A stretch of 64,000 nt of DNA, from sequence record PP761450.1. One strand, given 5' to 3'. The position numbers were made by a program, and so were the translations under genes. The notes below the pieces were generated by a model that was not told the DNA's origin, did no database searches, and saw nothing but the letters and a program-made list of their open reading frames with translations. Positions 36,171 through 47,000 of the stretch are shown here, in pieces (position 1 is the stretch's first letter; every line of letters begins with the position of its first letter). The DNA comes from Escherichia phage LHE287.

Positions 36171-38066
36171 TTAAGAAACGGCTACGATACCACCACCAGT
36201 TTCGATCTCGCTGAACTCCATGTCCGGACGTACCGCAGCAAAGTCCAGATACACCCAGTTGATGGAGTATTCTGGTTTCAGCCAGATACCCGCGACCATC
36301 TGGTTCGCAGCGATAACATCAGCGGTGTTGTTGTCCTCGTCACACTTCACCATCCCGTCATAGATCGCGCCCATGTTGGCCAACTGGCGGATATATGGGC
36401 GGACAGCGTTGCTGAACAACCCACGAGTGAATGCATCGTTGTTCTCACCAAGGTAGTATTTGGCGATGGCTGCGATGTTCTGCTCTGCCATAATGAACAG
36501 ACCACGAACGTTGATGCGGTCGAACGCAGATGGGCGGGTCAGGCCAGTCTTGTCGCCGTACAACACGATGCCTTCGTTGGAGAAGGTGACGATGCTGTTG
36601 ATCTGGTTGCGATACAGCACAGCACGCTCATCAGAAGACGCAGACCACGCCATTCGATTATAGTTGTTGTATTTACCACGGTTGTGGAACGCTGGAGACT
36701 TGTAGATACCCGCGATTTCAATGCTTCGCGCCCAAACACCTGCGGTGCCGCCACAAGCCGGAATCCAACGCATTTTGTCGTTGTACTTGTCGTACACATA
36801 CGCCCAGTTGTCATCCATGAAGAAGTAGGAGGAGTCGCGAACAAGGCTTTCACGCCAGGCCACAACATCATCCATCTCACGGCCACGGTTTCCGACGACC
36901 GTATCGCGAAGAGGAGACACGAAGGACACTGTGTCTTTACGCTCAGTGGACAGGTCGATCAGCGCCTGCTGCTCAATCAGTTCTTCACAGAAACCGAACA
37001 CTGGCTTGGCATCATACGCTTCGGCGTTGTTCAGTGCCTGGATAGCCGCAACACGGTTCCCAGTGTAATCGTCTACACCACCTTCGAGTTCAATGACACC
37101 AGCAGCCAGGGTATTGGCGAAGGCGTACACCCAATTTGAGGTGCCGTTGATCACGTCTTTGAAGTACGCATTGGATCCATCAGATTTCTTAGAACCCTGA
37201 GCGGTCTGCACCAGTTCATACTTCTCGATGATCGTACCGGAAGCACCAACAGTGGTGACGGCAGCGGTAGCAGTCAGACCATTCGCGTCTGGAACAATCG
37301 CAGTCGCAGCCTGAGGACCGATTGCTTTGTGAGTGACGGTGACGGTGTTGGACTTCACGACAACAGAAGAATACACTTCAGACAGGGACGTCAGCGCAGT
37401 TCCGATCTTTGTCGCCAAGGTCGCCGGGGTGTCAGCGTCAGTGTACGCCACGGCTTCACCAGCAACAGAGATGGAACCAGCAGCGGTGGCAGTACCGGAT
37501 ACAGAGATACGATCAACCTGACTAACAGCGCCAGAAGAGTCGGTGATGCGACCTACTTTGTCAACGATGGCGATATGGTACTCGCCATCCTGCGGAGCAT
37601 ATGCGAAGTTGTTACGGAATTCCCAGGTCGGGAACAGCGCAGCGTCACAGATGTTCACAGCAATGTCGTTACCCAGAGAGCCAGCATAGCGGCCTGTCCA
37701 GGTAATAGACGCAGATGGAGACGCAGTTTCGAAGTCTAGTTTGTTGCGGATAAGGATTGCAGTCTGACCTTTGGTTACAGCGTTGCGTGCCGCCGGACCG
37801 ACCACACGGGTCACCCATGCAACAGAGCTGTAAGACAGGAAGTCAGCAATCACCAAGAAGTCGGTGGCAGTTGCATCGTTTGGCTTGAAGAATTTCTTCA
37901 CCAGACCAGTTTCGCCACCAGTGACCAACACAGGGAGTTCTGCTTCACCCCATTGGAATTTGCCGACAGTCGCACCCTGAACAACAACGGATGGAGACGT
38001 CTGAAGCGTGGCATCACGCTCAGTCCACTGTACGGACGGCGCAACGCTGAAGCTTTGAGTTGCCAT
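36171..38066 (-). CDS. gp18: tail sheath protein (gp18-like)
   Basis: 631 aa from MATQSF start (38066) with GAAGGA RBS; position between terminase and tube genes; late motif at 38109. Confidence 0.8.
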   Translation of the reverse strand: MATQSFSVAPSVQWTERDATLQTSPSVVVQGATVGKFQWGEAELPVLVTGGETGLVKKFFKPNDATATDFLVIADFLSYSSVAWVTRVVGPAARNAVTKGQTAILIRNKLDFETASPSASITWTGRYAGSLGNDIAVNICDAALFPTWEFRNNFAYAPQDGEYHIAIVDKVGRITDSSGAVSQVDRISVSGTATAAGSISVAGEAVAYTDADTPATLATKIGTALTSLSEVYSSVVVKSNTVTVTHKAIGPQAATAIVPDANGLTATAAVTTVGASGTIIEKYELVQTAQGSKKSDGSNAYFKDVINGTSNWVYAFANTLAAGVIELEGGVDDYTGNRVAAIQALNNAEAYDAKPVFGFCEELIEQQALIDLSTERKDTVSFVSPLRDTVVGNRGREMDDVVAWRESLVRDSSYFFMDDNWAYVYDKYNDKMRWIPACGGTAGVWARSIEIAGIYKSPAFHNRGKYNNYNRMAWSASSDERAVLYRNQINSIVTFSNEGIVLYGDKTGLTRPSAFDRINVRGLFIMAEQNIAAIAKYYLGENNDAFTRGLFSNAVRPYIRQLANMGAIYDGMVKCDEDNNTADVIAANQMVAGIWLKPEYSINWVYLDFAAVRPDMEFSEIETGGGIVAVS

Positions 38067-38108
38067 AATCTTATTCCTTCTCTGTAGAGTTTCGCTCAAT
38101 TTGAAAGA

Positions 38109-38115
38109 TATTTAG
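38109..38115 (-). promoter_or_regulatory. late-promoter-like CTAAATA motif
   Basis: Upstream of the tail sheath gene. Confidence 0.45.
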
Positions 38116-38118
38116 TGA

Positions 38119-40347
38119 TCACCGTCTCAGCCATTCTTCCATAGACACACCAGAGCGTTCATCATAAACCTGAATTCCACCGAACCCTGGGATGTTCTCC
38201 ACAGAGTGAGGATCTGGTGTCGACATCATACCCCCAAATGGTAGCATCTGAGATTCTTCCATCGCAGACAACCGTCCTCTCATGTCCACAGAGATATTTG
38301 AATTGGTGAGATCACTAAACCATTCTTGTTTCACCGCCCATGCATACAACACGAGGGGCATTACACAGTCATCATGACAACCATCATCGGCTTCATACCT
38401 TGTTCCAGTCCATACGAATGTACTGAGTTCATCTATCGTGTCCTGGTCATCTATCACCAGCATTTCACGTTCAATCAGGGCTTTCAGGTTGGCACAGCCG
38501 TTTGTGCGCACCTTCTTGTTGGTATTGATACCAGGCTCAGGGCGGCGACCACCGATTCTCTTGCCTGTACCCTTGGTATCTGTTGTAGTGAAGATGATCT
38601 CGGGATATTCAATTTCCTGGTATAGAATTGTGATTACCTGACCACCCACGTCGTTGTTGGTCTCGACTAGCATCGGGCACGTTCCATACTTCTCACCCAT
38701 ATCGGCGATTGTGTACGCGTACATCATTGGAGGTATCGTGTTATTTCGATACTTGGCTGCGATCTTGTGAGGATAGTCTGTGATGTCGATAATGGTCAGC
38801 ACAGAATAATCCCCTTCGACACCCTTGCCTGTATCTGCGATACCCATATAGATGCGCTTAGGATCGTAGTCGTGATAAATCTTGGTGAACTCGTTCGGCT
38901 CCTGATACAGCTTCGAGGTCATCTTGTCCAGACACTTGGCAGGTATCAGTGATCCCACAGAACCACGGAACTTAATGCCAAATTCTTGATCGAAACGTGC
39001 ATCACCCAGCTTCGCCCTTTGTTTGGATTCCCAGTCTGGATCTTTGGTGTACGTTGGAACACGATACCATGGGACCTCTGTGAGTTTGAAGTCGTTGTAT
39101 TGTGGATGTTCTGGGTTCGCCTTGGTGACGATGTCGTAGAACAACCCGCGCTGACCTTTCGGCGTACTGGTCAGAATACAACGTGAAGTCTCTGCAGATG
39201 CAATCGCCGGGAATGTAGACTCCCAGAATTCAAAGTCGTTTTCAATGAACGCCACTTCGTCCACATACAGGAGCGATACAGATCGACCACGGATGGAGTC
39301 GGAAGATGTCGCATAGGCGTAGATCTTTGATCCGTTTTCGAACTCTATCAGCGTGGAACCGAACTTCTCACAACCCTGTTGGAGGAAGAATGGCAAATCT
39401 TGATATGCTTTGCGAATACGATCTAGGATTTCAATCGCCTGCTTCTCTTTGTTCGCCAGTACTGCGATCTCTTTGTCGGAGTGGAACATCGCATACCAGA
39501 GCAGGAACGCTGCCACGACAGTCGTGTTGTGGCTGAGGAAGCCGTTGGTGTAGTAGCGCTGATCACTAGATTTCACCTGTAGGTCATACATGTGATGCGT
39601 CTCACCAGTCTGCCAAACCTCACGGATTTCTTCTGGACCTTCTGACGTCATGATGTATGACCCAGCATTCAGGTCTTTGGCAAATATCTCCTTCATTTCC
39701 GGAGTGAAGAATATATGTTCGTCGGCCACGTTAATTCGCCGCCCAGTAACAGTCACAATAACGAATTCCGCATATTTCTTCGTCTTATGCGCTGCGATAA
39801 CCGGAACCCAGCCACTATCGGATTGCACAAAGTAACGCTTGCCGAAGCGGCTGTCCACGAACTTGTCATGGTTGCCAATGGTATTCAGCGGCACAGCGTG
39901 GTTGACGTCCTCGAAGCGGCTGTGAAGCTCCCCTATGGTCAGGAGCAACTGCTCTTGGCTGAGAGTATCGTAAACTGTGACAAGCGTGTCACCTTTTACA
40001 CATTTCCCAGACTGACGAGCCTGGACGACCGCATTGAATCGATAGTCCTGGAAGTCATGGAACAACTGCTTCTGGTAATCGTGCATGTCAAAGAGGATGA
40101 AGCCTTTATCGATGGTCGTGATCTTGTAGTAGTTGGCGGCGAAGTAATGGGCGTCCATCGCACACTCGACGAACTCCGATTCTTGTTCGTCGGTTAGCAT
40201 CAACTCCACACGAGGTGCACGCACAGACGGCTTGCGCATGAACGTTTGGTCCATACGCAGTCTGACGTCTTCTGTCTTAAACCCCGTCTTGAGCGGGGCG
40301 TATTCTACATCACGCTTCTGATACGCCATTGTCTTCACCTTCTCCAT
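38119..40347 (-). CDS. gp17: terminase large subunit (gp17-like) interrupted by an in-frame mini-intein
   Basis: Exteins match T4 gp17 around the P-loop (ARQSGK / TTVVAAFLLWYAMF...AIEILDRIRKAYQDLPFFLQQG); 159-aa insertion begins CVKGDTLV and ends NGFLSHN followed by Thr. Confidence 0.85.
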   Translation of the reverse strand: MEKVKTMAYQKRDVEYAPLKTGFKTEDVRLRMDQTFMRKPSVRAPRVELMLTDEQESEFVECAMDAHYFAANYYKITTIDKGFILFDMHDYQKQLFHDFQDYRFNAVVQARQSGKCVKGDTLVTVYDTLSQEQLLLTIGELHSRFEDVNHAVPLNTIGNHDKFVDSRFGKRYFVQSDSGWVPVIAAHKTKKYAEFVIVTVTGRRINVADEHIFFTPEMKEIFAKDLNAGSYIMTSEGPEEIREVWQTGETHHMYDLQVKSSDQRYYTNGFLSHNTTVVAAFLLWYAMFHSDKEIAVLANKEKQAIEILDRIRKAYQDLPFFLQQGCEKFGSTLIEFENGSKIYAYATSSDSIRGRSVSLLYVDEVAFIENDFEFWESTFPAIASAETSRCILTSTPKGQRGLFYDIVTKANPEHPQYNDFKLTEVPWYRVPTYTKDPDWESKQRAKLGDARFDQEFGIKFRGSVGSLIPAKCLDKMTSKLYQEPNEFTKIYHDYDPKRIYMGIADTGKGVEGDYSVLTIIDITDYPHKIAAKYRNNTIPPMMYAYTIADMGEKYGTCPMLVETNNDVGGQVITILYQEIEYPEIIFTTTDTKGTGKRIGGRRPEPGINTNKKVRTNGCANLKALIEREMLVIDDQDTIDELSTFVWTGTRYEADDGCHDDCVMPLVLYAWAVKQEWFSDLTNSNISVDMRGRLSAMEESQMLPFGGMMSTPDPHSVENIPGFGGIQVYDERSGVSMEEWLRR
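39526..40002 (-). other. mini-intein coding segment within the terminase large subunit gene
   Basis: N-terminal Cys codon at 40000-40002, C-terminal His-Asn at 39526-39531, +1 Thr; YDLQV...NGFLSHN block; no endonuclease domain (159 aa). Confidence 0.75.
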
Positions 40348-41017
40348 TCGGCTCTGCCTGAACGTCGATTACATCTTCTTCGGGATCAGGTCCTTTGGAC
40401 GCAGCTTTCGCTGCAGCACGTTCTTCAGCACGTTTACGGGCGTCTTCGATGGTCTTCAGTAGATCACGGGAAGACCTGGCCTGTTTACCGACGTTGACCG
40501 TGGTTGTGCCATCAGGGGACGTGGTGACCTCGACGGTTGTTTCGTCTCCAGGAGGTGGCTCTCTGTCGCCCGTGACCGCCTTGATAGTTTTCTGGTTCTC
40601 CATCAGGTCTTTGTTCAGACCGCGCATGAGTTCACCCAACTCTTTGAAGACTGTGAAAGCACGGGGTGCTTCAGTCGTCGTCGCAAGTTTGGCTGCCTGT
40701 CCCATCATGAACATCGTGGCTTCCTGCATGGCATAAGTCGTGTCACGGATGCGTTTGTAGTCGGTGGTGGCATCAGTATCTTCGAAGTCTGGAACCTTAG
40801 ACTCCTTGGGCTTCAGCTCTTCTGGGTCCAATGAAGGAGGAAACACCACAGGCTCATACCCCGCAGGCTTTTCACCCAACCATTCGCCTGTATCCGGATC
40901 GTAATCTTTTCCGGCCATAGGCGAGGTCTTCTCCATGACTTCTTGAGCGACCTCATCCCGCGCTTGGATAGCACTGAGGGTGGATAATAGGCGTTCTGAC
41001 ATAGCACTCATAATCAA
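40310..41017 (-). CDS. terminase small subunit-position protein (gp16-position)
   Basis: 235-aa ORF immediately upstream of and overlapping the terminase large subunit gene. Confidence 0.4.
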   Translation of the reverse strand: MIMSAMSERLLSTLSAIQARDEVAQEVMEKTSPMAGKDYDPDTGEWLGEKPAGYEPVVFPPSLDPEELKPKESKVPDFEDTDATTDYKRIRDTTYAMQEATMFMMGQAAKLATTTEAPRAFTVFKELGELMRGLNKDLMENQKTIKAVTGDREPPPGDETTVEVTTSPDGTTTVNVGKQARSSRDLLKTIEDARKRAEERAAAKAASKGPDPEEDVIDVQAEPNGEGEDNGVSEA

Positions 41018-41709
41018 TCTCCAGGATGATGTACACCGTCTTTATCAACACGGAACCACTCCGGCAGTTCCGTCCACGGTGTTTTCAAATCATTAGACAT
41101 TTCGATAATTATCTCTTTGATCCCGTTAGGATCCCCGCCTCCCTCGTTGTCCACCCAATAGTCATACCCGTAGATGAAGCCGCTCAGCTGGAACATGAAG
41201 GAGCAGTCGACGTGTGGTGAATCAGAAGCATCCCCTTCCCAGTTATCGGACATCTGGTGGCTGATCAGTTGGATCTTGATCTTCTGGTCTTGCTGTAGTG
41301 TATCGTTGTCCTTGATACCACAGTCTAGAGAGGGAGTGAATACCGAATAAACCTGCTCTAGCACCTGTAACATCTCAACCAATTTCTTGGTTCGGATATT
41401 GTACTCAAAATCGATAATCAGGGGGATTCGCTGCTTCGCCCCTGCTGTTGGTGTCGATTGTCGATTGTGGTACGTCTTCGTCACCTGTTTGTTGATCTCA
41501 AACTGACCAAAAGAGAAGGTCGCAAATGGAAGCATGTTGGACGGCACGTTCCTGTTGAGGTCATTGCGTCTCCCGATGGCCATGTGTAATGGGACTTCCA
41601 TAAGACCACGCTCTGTGTTCACCTTCAGATCAGACATAATGGTGGCAAACAGATTGATGTATTTCATCAATGAATCATGGTAGAAGTAATTTTCAAATGG
41701 TCTGGCCAT
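41014..41709 (-). CDS. tail completion/sheath stabiliser-position protein (gp15-position)
   Basis: Synteny with T4 13-14-15-16-17-18 order. Confidence 0.4.
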   Translation of the reverse strand: MARPFENYFYHDSLMKYINLFATIMSDLKVNTERGLMEVPLHMAIGRRNDLNRNVPSNMLPFATFSFGQFEINKQVTKTYHNRQSTPTAGAKQRIPLIIDFEYNIRTKKLVEMLQVLEQVYSVFTPSLDCGIKDNDTLQQDQKIKIQLISHQMSDNWEGDASDSPHVDCSFMFQLSGFIYGYDYWVDNEGGGDPNGIKEIIIEMSNDLKTPWTELPEWFRVDKDGVHHPGD

Positions 41710-41711
41710 GA

Positions 41712-42362
41712 TTATTCTCCAAAGTCGATCTTCATCTTGTCTGTTGCAAGCCCCTTCTCAAGATCATCTGCTAAAGCATTGTCGGTCTGCAGAGAAGAAT
41801 CCTTGTACACGTCCGGTTCGTTCTCTTCGTCCAAGATGGACAGACGTTTGTCGATATCGTCGATCTCCGGAACGCCCGTATCGAAGTTTTCGTTGCCGTA
41901 CTGGAACAACGTACACGGCAGAGAGAACGTATACCATTTGCCAAATTGCATGAAGTCTTCATCGTTGTTCGGGTTGTTGACCTTGAAGATCTTGTTCGCC
42001 AGTGGTAGATAGATCAGGTCACCTTCCTGAGGTTGTTGTTCAAACCCAACACCGTTGCCTATCACCTCGGCAAATCGGCGGCGCGAGATAGAGAACGTCA
42101 CTTCGTCTTGCAATTGGATACCCCCAAACTTCTCCCACATCTGGGTGTTGAAGCCCTGATAATCCTGCATGTATGCTTCGATGTCGAACGCCTGATCGAA
42201 TCTGTGGTTAGCATCGTTGGTGATAGGAAATTTTTCAACGATGGAACGGGGTATATACTTGATGTCTATCCCGCGCAACTCAATCATTTCCTGTACCAAA
42301 TCTTCAATCAGCTTCTGTGTGCCTTGGTGATTGGTGGCGTTGAAATATTTAGAAGTGGCCAT
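41712..42362 (-). CDS. neck protein-position (gp14-position)
   Basis: Synteny; CTAAATA late motif upstream (42386). Confidence 0.4.
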   Translation of the reverse strand: MATSKYFNATNHQGTQKLIEDLVQEMIELRGIDIKYIPRSIVEKFPITNDANHRFDQAFDIEAYMQDYQGFNTQMWEKFGGIQLQDEVTFSISRRRFAEVIGNGVGFEQQPQEGDLIYLPLANKIFKVNNPNNDEDFMQFGKWYTFSLPCTLFQYGNENFDTGVPEIDDIDKRLSILDEENEPDVYKDSSLQTDNALADDLEKGLATDKMKIDFGE

Positions 42363-42385
42363 ATCGATACCCTCAATTTTGAAGG

Positions 42386-42392
42386 TATTTAG
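42386..42392 (-). promoter_or_regulatory. late-promoter-like CTAAATA motif
   Basis: 24 nt upstream of the gp14-position gene. Confidence 0.45.
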
Positions 42393-42421
42393 TCGAAGTT
42401 TATTCTTTTGAGGAATAGCTC

Positions 42422-42634
42422 ATGCAAGTGGAAGACATCAAAGAAGTTCGCAGCGGTCGTCGCGTCCGAATCATCTGTGTGGACGCCAAGATTGGAGGTG
42501 GTGATTACGACATCGTCGGTCTGGTGAAAGAAGTAGATGGCACAGACTTCATTGAGTGGTGGAACTCCAAAGACAAGACAGAAGACGGTCTGCTGCGTGG
42601 TAGTGGCAACGGAAACCTGGATTTGAAAATCTAA
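42422..42634 (+). CDS. hypothetical small protein (plus strand, inside the neck gene block)
   Basis: 70-aa ORF with GAGGA RBS; followed by a GC hairpin. Confidence 0.4.
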   Translation: MQVEDIKEVRSGRRVRIICVDAKIGGGDYDIVGLVKEVDGTDFIEWWNSKDKTEDGLLRGSGNGNLDLKI

Positions 42635-42642
42635 AAGAAGGG

Positions 42643-42660
42643 CGGGTAATCCCGCCTTTC
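42643..42660. terminator. hairpin shared by converging genes
   Basis: gggcggg-taat-cccgcc, T-rich on both sides. Confidence 0.4.
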
Positions 42661-42661
42661 C

Positions 42662-43420
42662 TTATCCCATGTAGAAGTCGATAGGGTACTGCTGACCAGT
42701 ACGCAATTCTTCCTCTAAACGCTCTATCTCCGCTTCAGCCTCACTGAACATACTATCGCCATCCAGCTCGATACCGCCAGGGAGACGGATGCCTCTTGCC
42801 TTCTTGAGCACTTCTGCCCAGCGGCGCTTGACCAACGCAGTTGCATATGCCTTCAGCCACATATCATTCCATGCTTCTTCATTACCCTCAACCTCTGGGT
42901 CGATGTTCTGGAAGCATTTGAACGCCAACACCTCGTCCTTTGTCAGGGCGAATTGTGGGTAGAGTTTGCGCTGGAATTTCTTGTAAACGAAGGTGCGCTT
43001 CACGTTCAGCACACTGGTGATGTCAGACAAACGCTGTTGCATTGAAACATAGTCGACCAAGCGGATGGAAACAAGGGCGGCCTTTGGTACCAACATGGCT
43101 TGGGCCATCTGCCATTGAGGGGTTGCCCAGTTACCGATCGATTCAATCGGAGGGCCAACGATGACTTCAACCACGTCGTCGATGTCTTTGGGGAATTCGA
43201 TGTAACCGTTGGTGATAGTTTCTTCAGTCACCTGGTGAACAAAGAATGCGTCCTGACTGCCATCACGATGATACTCCCAAAACTTCTGTAGAGCATCGTC
43301 TACAGCATCCGAAACTTGCGTTGGGTCAAGGTTGATCTGAATTACAGGTGCCCCCAATTTCTTGAGAATGTAATTCATAAATCCTTTACGATCAACAATA
43401 GAATTAACGGCCATTGCCAT
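42662..43420 (-). CDS. neck protein-position (gp13-position)
   Basis: 252-aa ORF; synteny. Confidence 0.4.
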   Translation of the reverse strand: MAMAVNSIVDRKGFMNYILKKLGAPVIQINLDPTQVSDAVDDALQKFWEYHRDGSQDAFFVHQVTEETITNGYIEFPKDIDDVVEVIVGPPIESIGNWATPQWQMAQAMLVPKAALVSIRLVDYVSMQQRLSDITSVLNVKRTFVYKKFQRKLYPQFALTKDEVLAFKCFQNIDPEVEGNEEAWNDMWLKAYATALVKRRWAEVLKKARGIRLPGGIELDGDSMFSEAEAEIERLEEELRTGQQYPIDFYMG

Positions 43421-43742
43421 TCCCCTTGTTGCTCTGGATATCAGCGACGGTGATACGTAAAGTGCGAACGTCGTCGAATAGACTGTTGCTATTGAGTTTC
43501 AACTCAGCAACGTTCTGCTTGACGTAGTTAACGTCTGTGTTTAACACAGCAATCTTCTCATTCATATCGTTCACCTTGGTGAGGATTAGGTCGACCTTGT
43601 TGGAGTCACGCTCAACCACATCAAGGCGATTCTCAAATTTACCCATCATCCAAACAACCGAGCCAACAGAGACTATCGTCGCCGTCAGCACCCCGGTGAG
43701 GATCGCTTTCACATCGATCACAGTGTCAGTTTGGGTTGCCAT
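43404..43742 (-). CDS. membrane-anchored coiled-coil protein (i-spanin-like?)
   Basis: Start MATQTDTV with AGGAGG RBS; N-terminal TM helix ILTGVLTATIVSVGSVVWMM then coiled-coil-like segment. Confidence 0.35.
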   Translation of the reverse strand: MATQTDTVIDVKAILTGVLTATIVSVGSVVWMMGKFENRLDVVERDSNKVDLILTKVNDMNEKIAVLNTDVNYVKQNVAELKLNSNSLFDDVRTLRITVADIQSNKGNGNGR

Positions 43743-43974
43743 CTTGGCCTCCTGACGGGAGTTCAATCCCGAGGTGTTCCGCCATGAGTTGTACCATCGC
43801 TGTCAGTTGATCTATTTGCGCTGCCTGCGCTGCAATAGTTCTGTCCTTTTCTTCCTGATTTCGACGAGCGTTCAGTGCTGCCAAACCGGCAGCATTGTCT
43901 GTGCAGATGATAGCCCCAGGGCAAGAGCTACTTCTCATCATCGATGCATGCCCTTGTACTTTTACACCACGCAT
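43726..43974 (-). CDS. hypothetical protein
   Basis: 82-aa ORF. Confidence 0.35.
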   Translation of the reverse strand: MRGVKVQGHASMMRSSSCPGAIICTDNAAGLAALNARRNQEEKDRTIAAQAAQIDQLTAMVQLMAEHLGIELPSGGQDGNPN

Positions 43975-44023
43975 GATAATATCCTCTGTTAATGGCGGGG
44001 CAACCCCGCCTTGTTAATACTAC

Positions 44024-47000
44024 TTATGCCAGAGCAATCAAACGGAAATCTTTGAATGACGGCGGTGCTATGCGGTTGCCTCTGACCAGCAGGCGGATCT
44101 TCAGGCCAACGAAAGGATTGGTGCTGTCTACAGTCTTGTCATACTCATATTCGAAGAATGTAGAACCGTCATTGACCAGAGGGGATGTCGGTGTCACAGT
44201 TTCCCATGCCACATTATCCATTTCCTGGCCTGCGCGCAGCAGCTTAACCTGCACAGTCATTGAAGACTGAGAAGGTAGCATCGCGCCGAAGTATTGCTTC
44301 AGAGTGGTGCAAGGGTTATCGAATCCGATATCCTTGGTCACATAGCTGAACACATCTTCAAACGGATCCACGCCGTAGGTGTTGAAGATGATAGTGAAAT
44401 CATCACCGTCGATCATTGGAGCCGTGTAGACATTACTCTCGTTGCGAGTCATGGTTGCACGAACCTGGAAGTCGCCCACCTGACGATAGATACCTTCCGT
44501 CGGCAGAGACACGTCCGTATCGGATTCGAACTCAACCCAATCAGAGAATGAGTTGGAGGTCGCATCGCGATAGCGGTATTCCAGTTTCAACACAGATCCT
44601 TCTAGGGCTGAATTGGTGACGCTTGCGTAGAACATGTCTACCAAGTAGTTACCTAGGAAAGAAGCCGCTTCACCACCAATCTGACCGTCGGAGTCGGCGT
44701 TGGAACTCAGAACGAATTTGAACGTCGTGAACGTCGCATCGGTCACAGTGTGTTGAGCGTTCAGTTGCTCAGGAGTGAAACCGCAACCACCCGTCAACCC
44801 AGACAGAGTAACACTTTCACCCGCAGTCAGACCATGCCCCGGAGCGTACACAGTAACAGTTGAAGAACCATTGACACATTTCACGGTGTTCAGACCCAGA
44901 GGGCGGATCTTCGGACCGACTTTAGCATCGAAGGTCACGATGTTTGAACCAGCGGAGAAGTTACAGCGATACACACGGAACTTCATATCGGCAGTCTGGT
45001 TTGGAGTCCAGGTCGTACCATTTGAAGATGTGAAGAACACGCCAGTGTACGGCTGTTTGGCAATGAACTCGTTGGTCAGCAAGTTCTTCTTGCCCATCTC
45101 TGCGATGTATGCGTTGTAGTCCTGAGTGTTGGCCAGGAGTACGATCGCGAACTCAGTCTGCGCCTGCAGATACACAGGATAATCAAACTTGAACATCGTC
45201 GGCACAGAAGAGTCTGTGGAGACGGAAACTTCTGATGGATTCAGAGTCTTACGAGTGACGACTGTCGTCGCTGGCAGACCATTGCTCATCTCACGGATTT
45301 CCAGAGTGATTGGAATATCGCGAGACTTGGTAGAGAAGAACACTTCAATGCCTTCGATGTATTCGCCGCCGATATTGGTGGCAACCATGAAGGACTGGGC
45401 GATAGGGTCTTTCCACTTCGCGACTTCAACCGTCTCTGTTTTGTTTTCCGTAGACTTGGACGAAGTGTATCCCAGGACGCGGGTGTTGACATAAGTCTTC
45501 TGGATGCCCTGTTTCTTGCCGAAGGACTTATGAACAGCCTCGGCATTGGTCAGGGTATCATCAGCAGACTTGCTGTCCACAGGACTATCAGTCAGACGGA
45601 AGACGTTGTCACCCGTGTTAAACTTGATAGTCTCGTTCTGAGGAACCGCAAACACACCTTTGATGTTGCCGTTGGCATCAGTGTTCAACGCACCACCCAG
45701 TACACCACCGTTTGGGGTACAGTACGCGCTCACATCACGTCCAGAGAAGAACGGATACACACGAGTGAACGGACGCAGGCCTGTGGCTTCGAAGTTGATG
45801 TTCGTTTTGCGCATGTATGGGATTACCTGCGTTTCAACGATCTGCTCGCCAGTCAGGGTAGTGGTCGTCTTGTCGGTGTACGTGTACGTGGTGACGTCAC
45901 GGGTAGACACAGTCGTGCGGTAGCGATAGCCCCACCATACACCACCTGCACCATGCGGTTCCCACACACGCTCAGACACGGACACAGTACGCCATGTGCC
46001 ATACACAGAACCTTCTTTGATCGCACCACGGGTGTTGATCGTTTCGTTGATCACACGTGGAGTAACATAGTAGTTCTCAAACCAGTAATCAGTAGTTGGG
46101 TTCAGCTTCAAGAAACCTTCCCAGTTGAACACCGCATACGGGTTCACGTTGATGGTCGTGGTTGCATAGTCTTGGCGGACAGAGATCTCACGGGTGTAGT
46201 TGCATACAACCATGCCATCCTGAACGTTGTTCCAACCGACTGGCGTCAGGTCAATCGCGTTCTGCTGAACAAACGGGCGTAGGCGACCATTGTCAGTGTC
46301 GATTGAACCCACCCAGTCTGCAGACAAATCGTCGATCAGACGGAAGTCTTTGAACGGGTCTGCTGCGATACCGTTCTTGAAGCGCGGGTTGCCAGTAATT
46401 GGATCGAACACCTGTTGTGACATCGCCGAGGATTCCAGCTGAGACAGTGAGGTGTAATATTCGACATTGGAGATACGGGTCTCCAGTTTACCGATATCGC
46501 GCATCGTGTAGCGGCGGTTGTCGATAGTACGAATCTGGATGTCGTCAATGTTGGCCGTGTATGGTGGGATCATCAATTCATACAGGCGCATGCCGTTGTC
46601 TGGGATCGCAGGGGAAGCCAGGTTGTTGGAACTCACACCACGAGCAACGTTGAACACACCGTTGTCTGCCAGATACACAGCATCAATACGAGGCAGATAG
46701 TACTCTGCATCTAGGATGATCGCGGTGTTCGGGCGAACCATGTCCGTGTCAGACGCTCCGCTGGTGATCTTGGGACGGAAGTCCAGACTATCGGCCAACC
46801 CATACACAGTACCAGAACTGGATGAAACATAGTTCGGGATGTCTGGGTAGTTGATGGACGAATAGGAGTCCGCTGTAAAGAAATCACCAGAGCTGTGAGC
46901 GAAATACTGATACACCACCGTGAACGTCCCTGAAATGGCTCCAGTGGACGATATGAGATTAGAAAGGTAGTATGCAGCATCACGCTGGCCGCCGTCCAGA

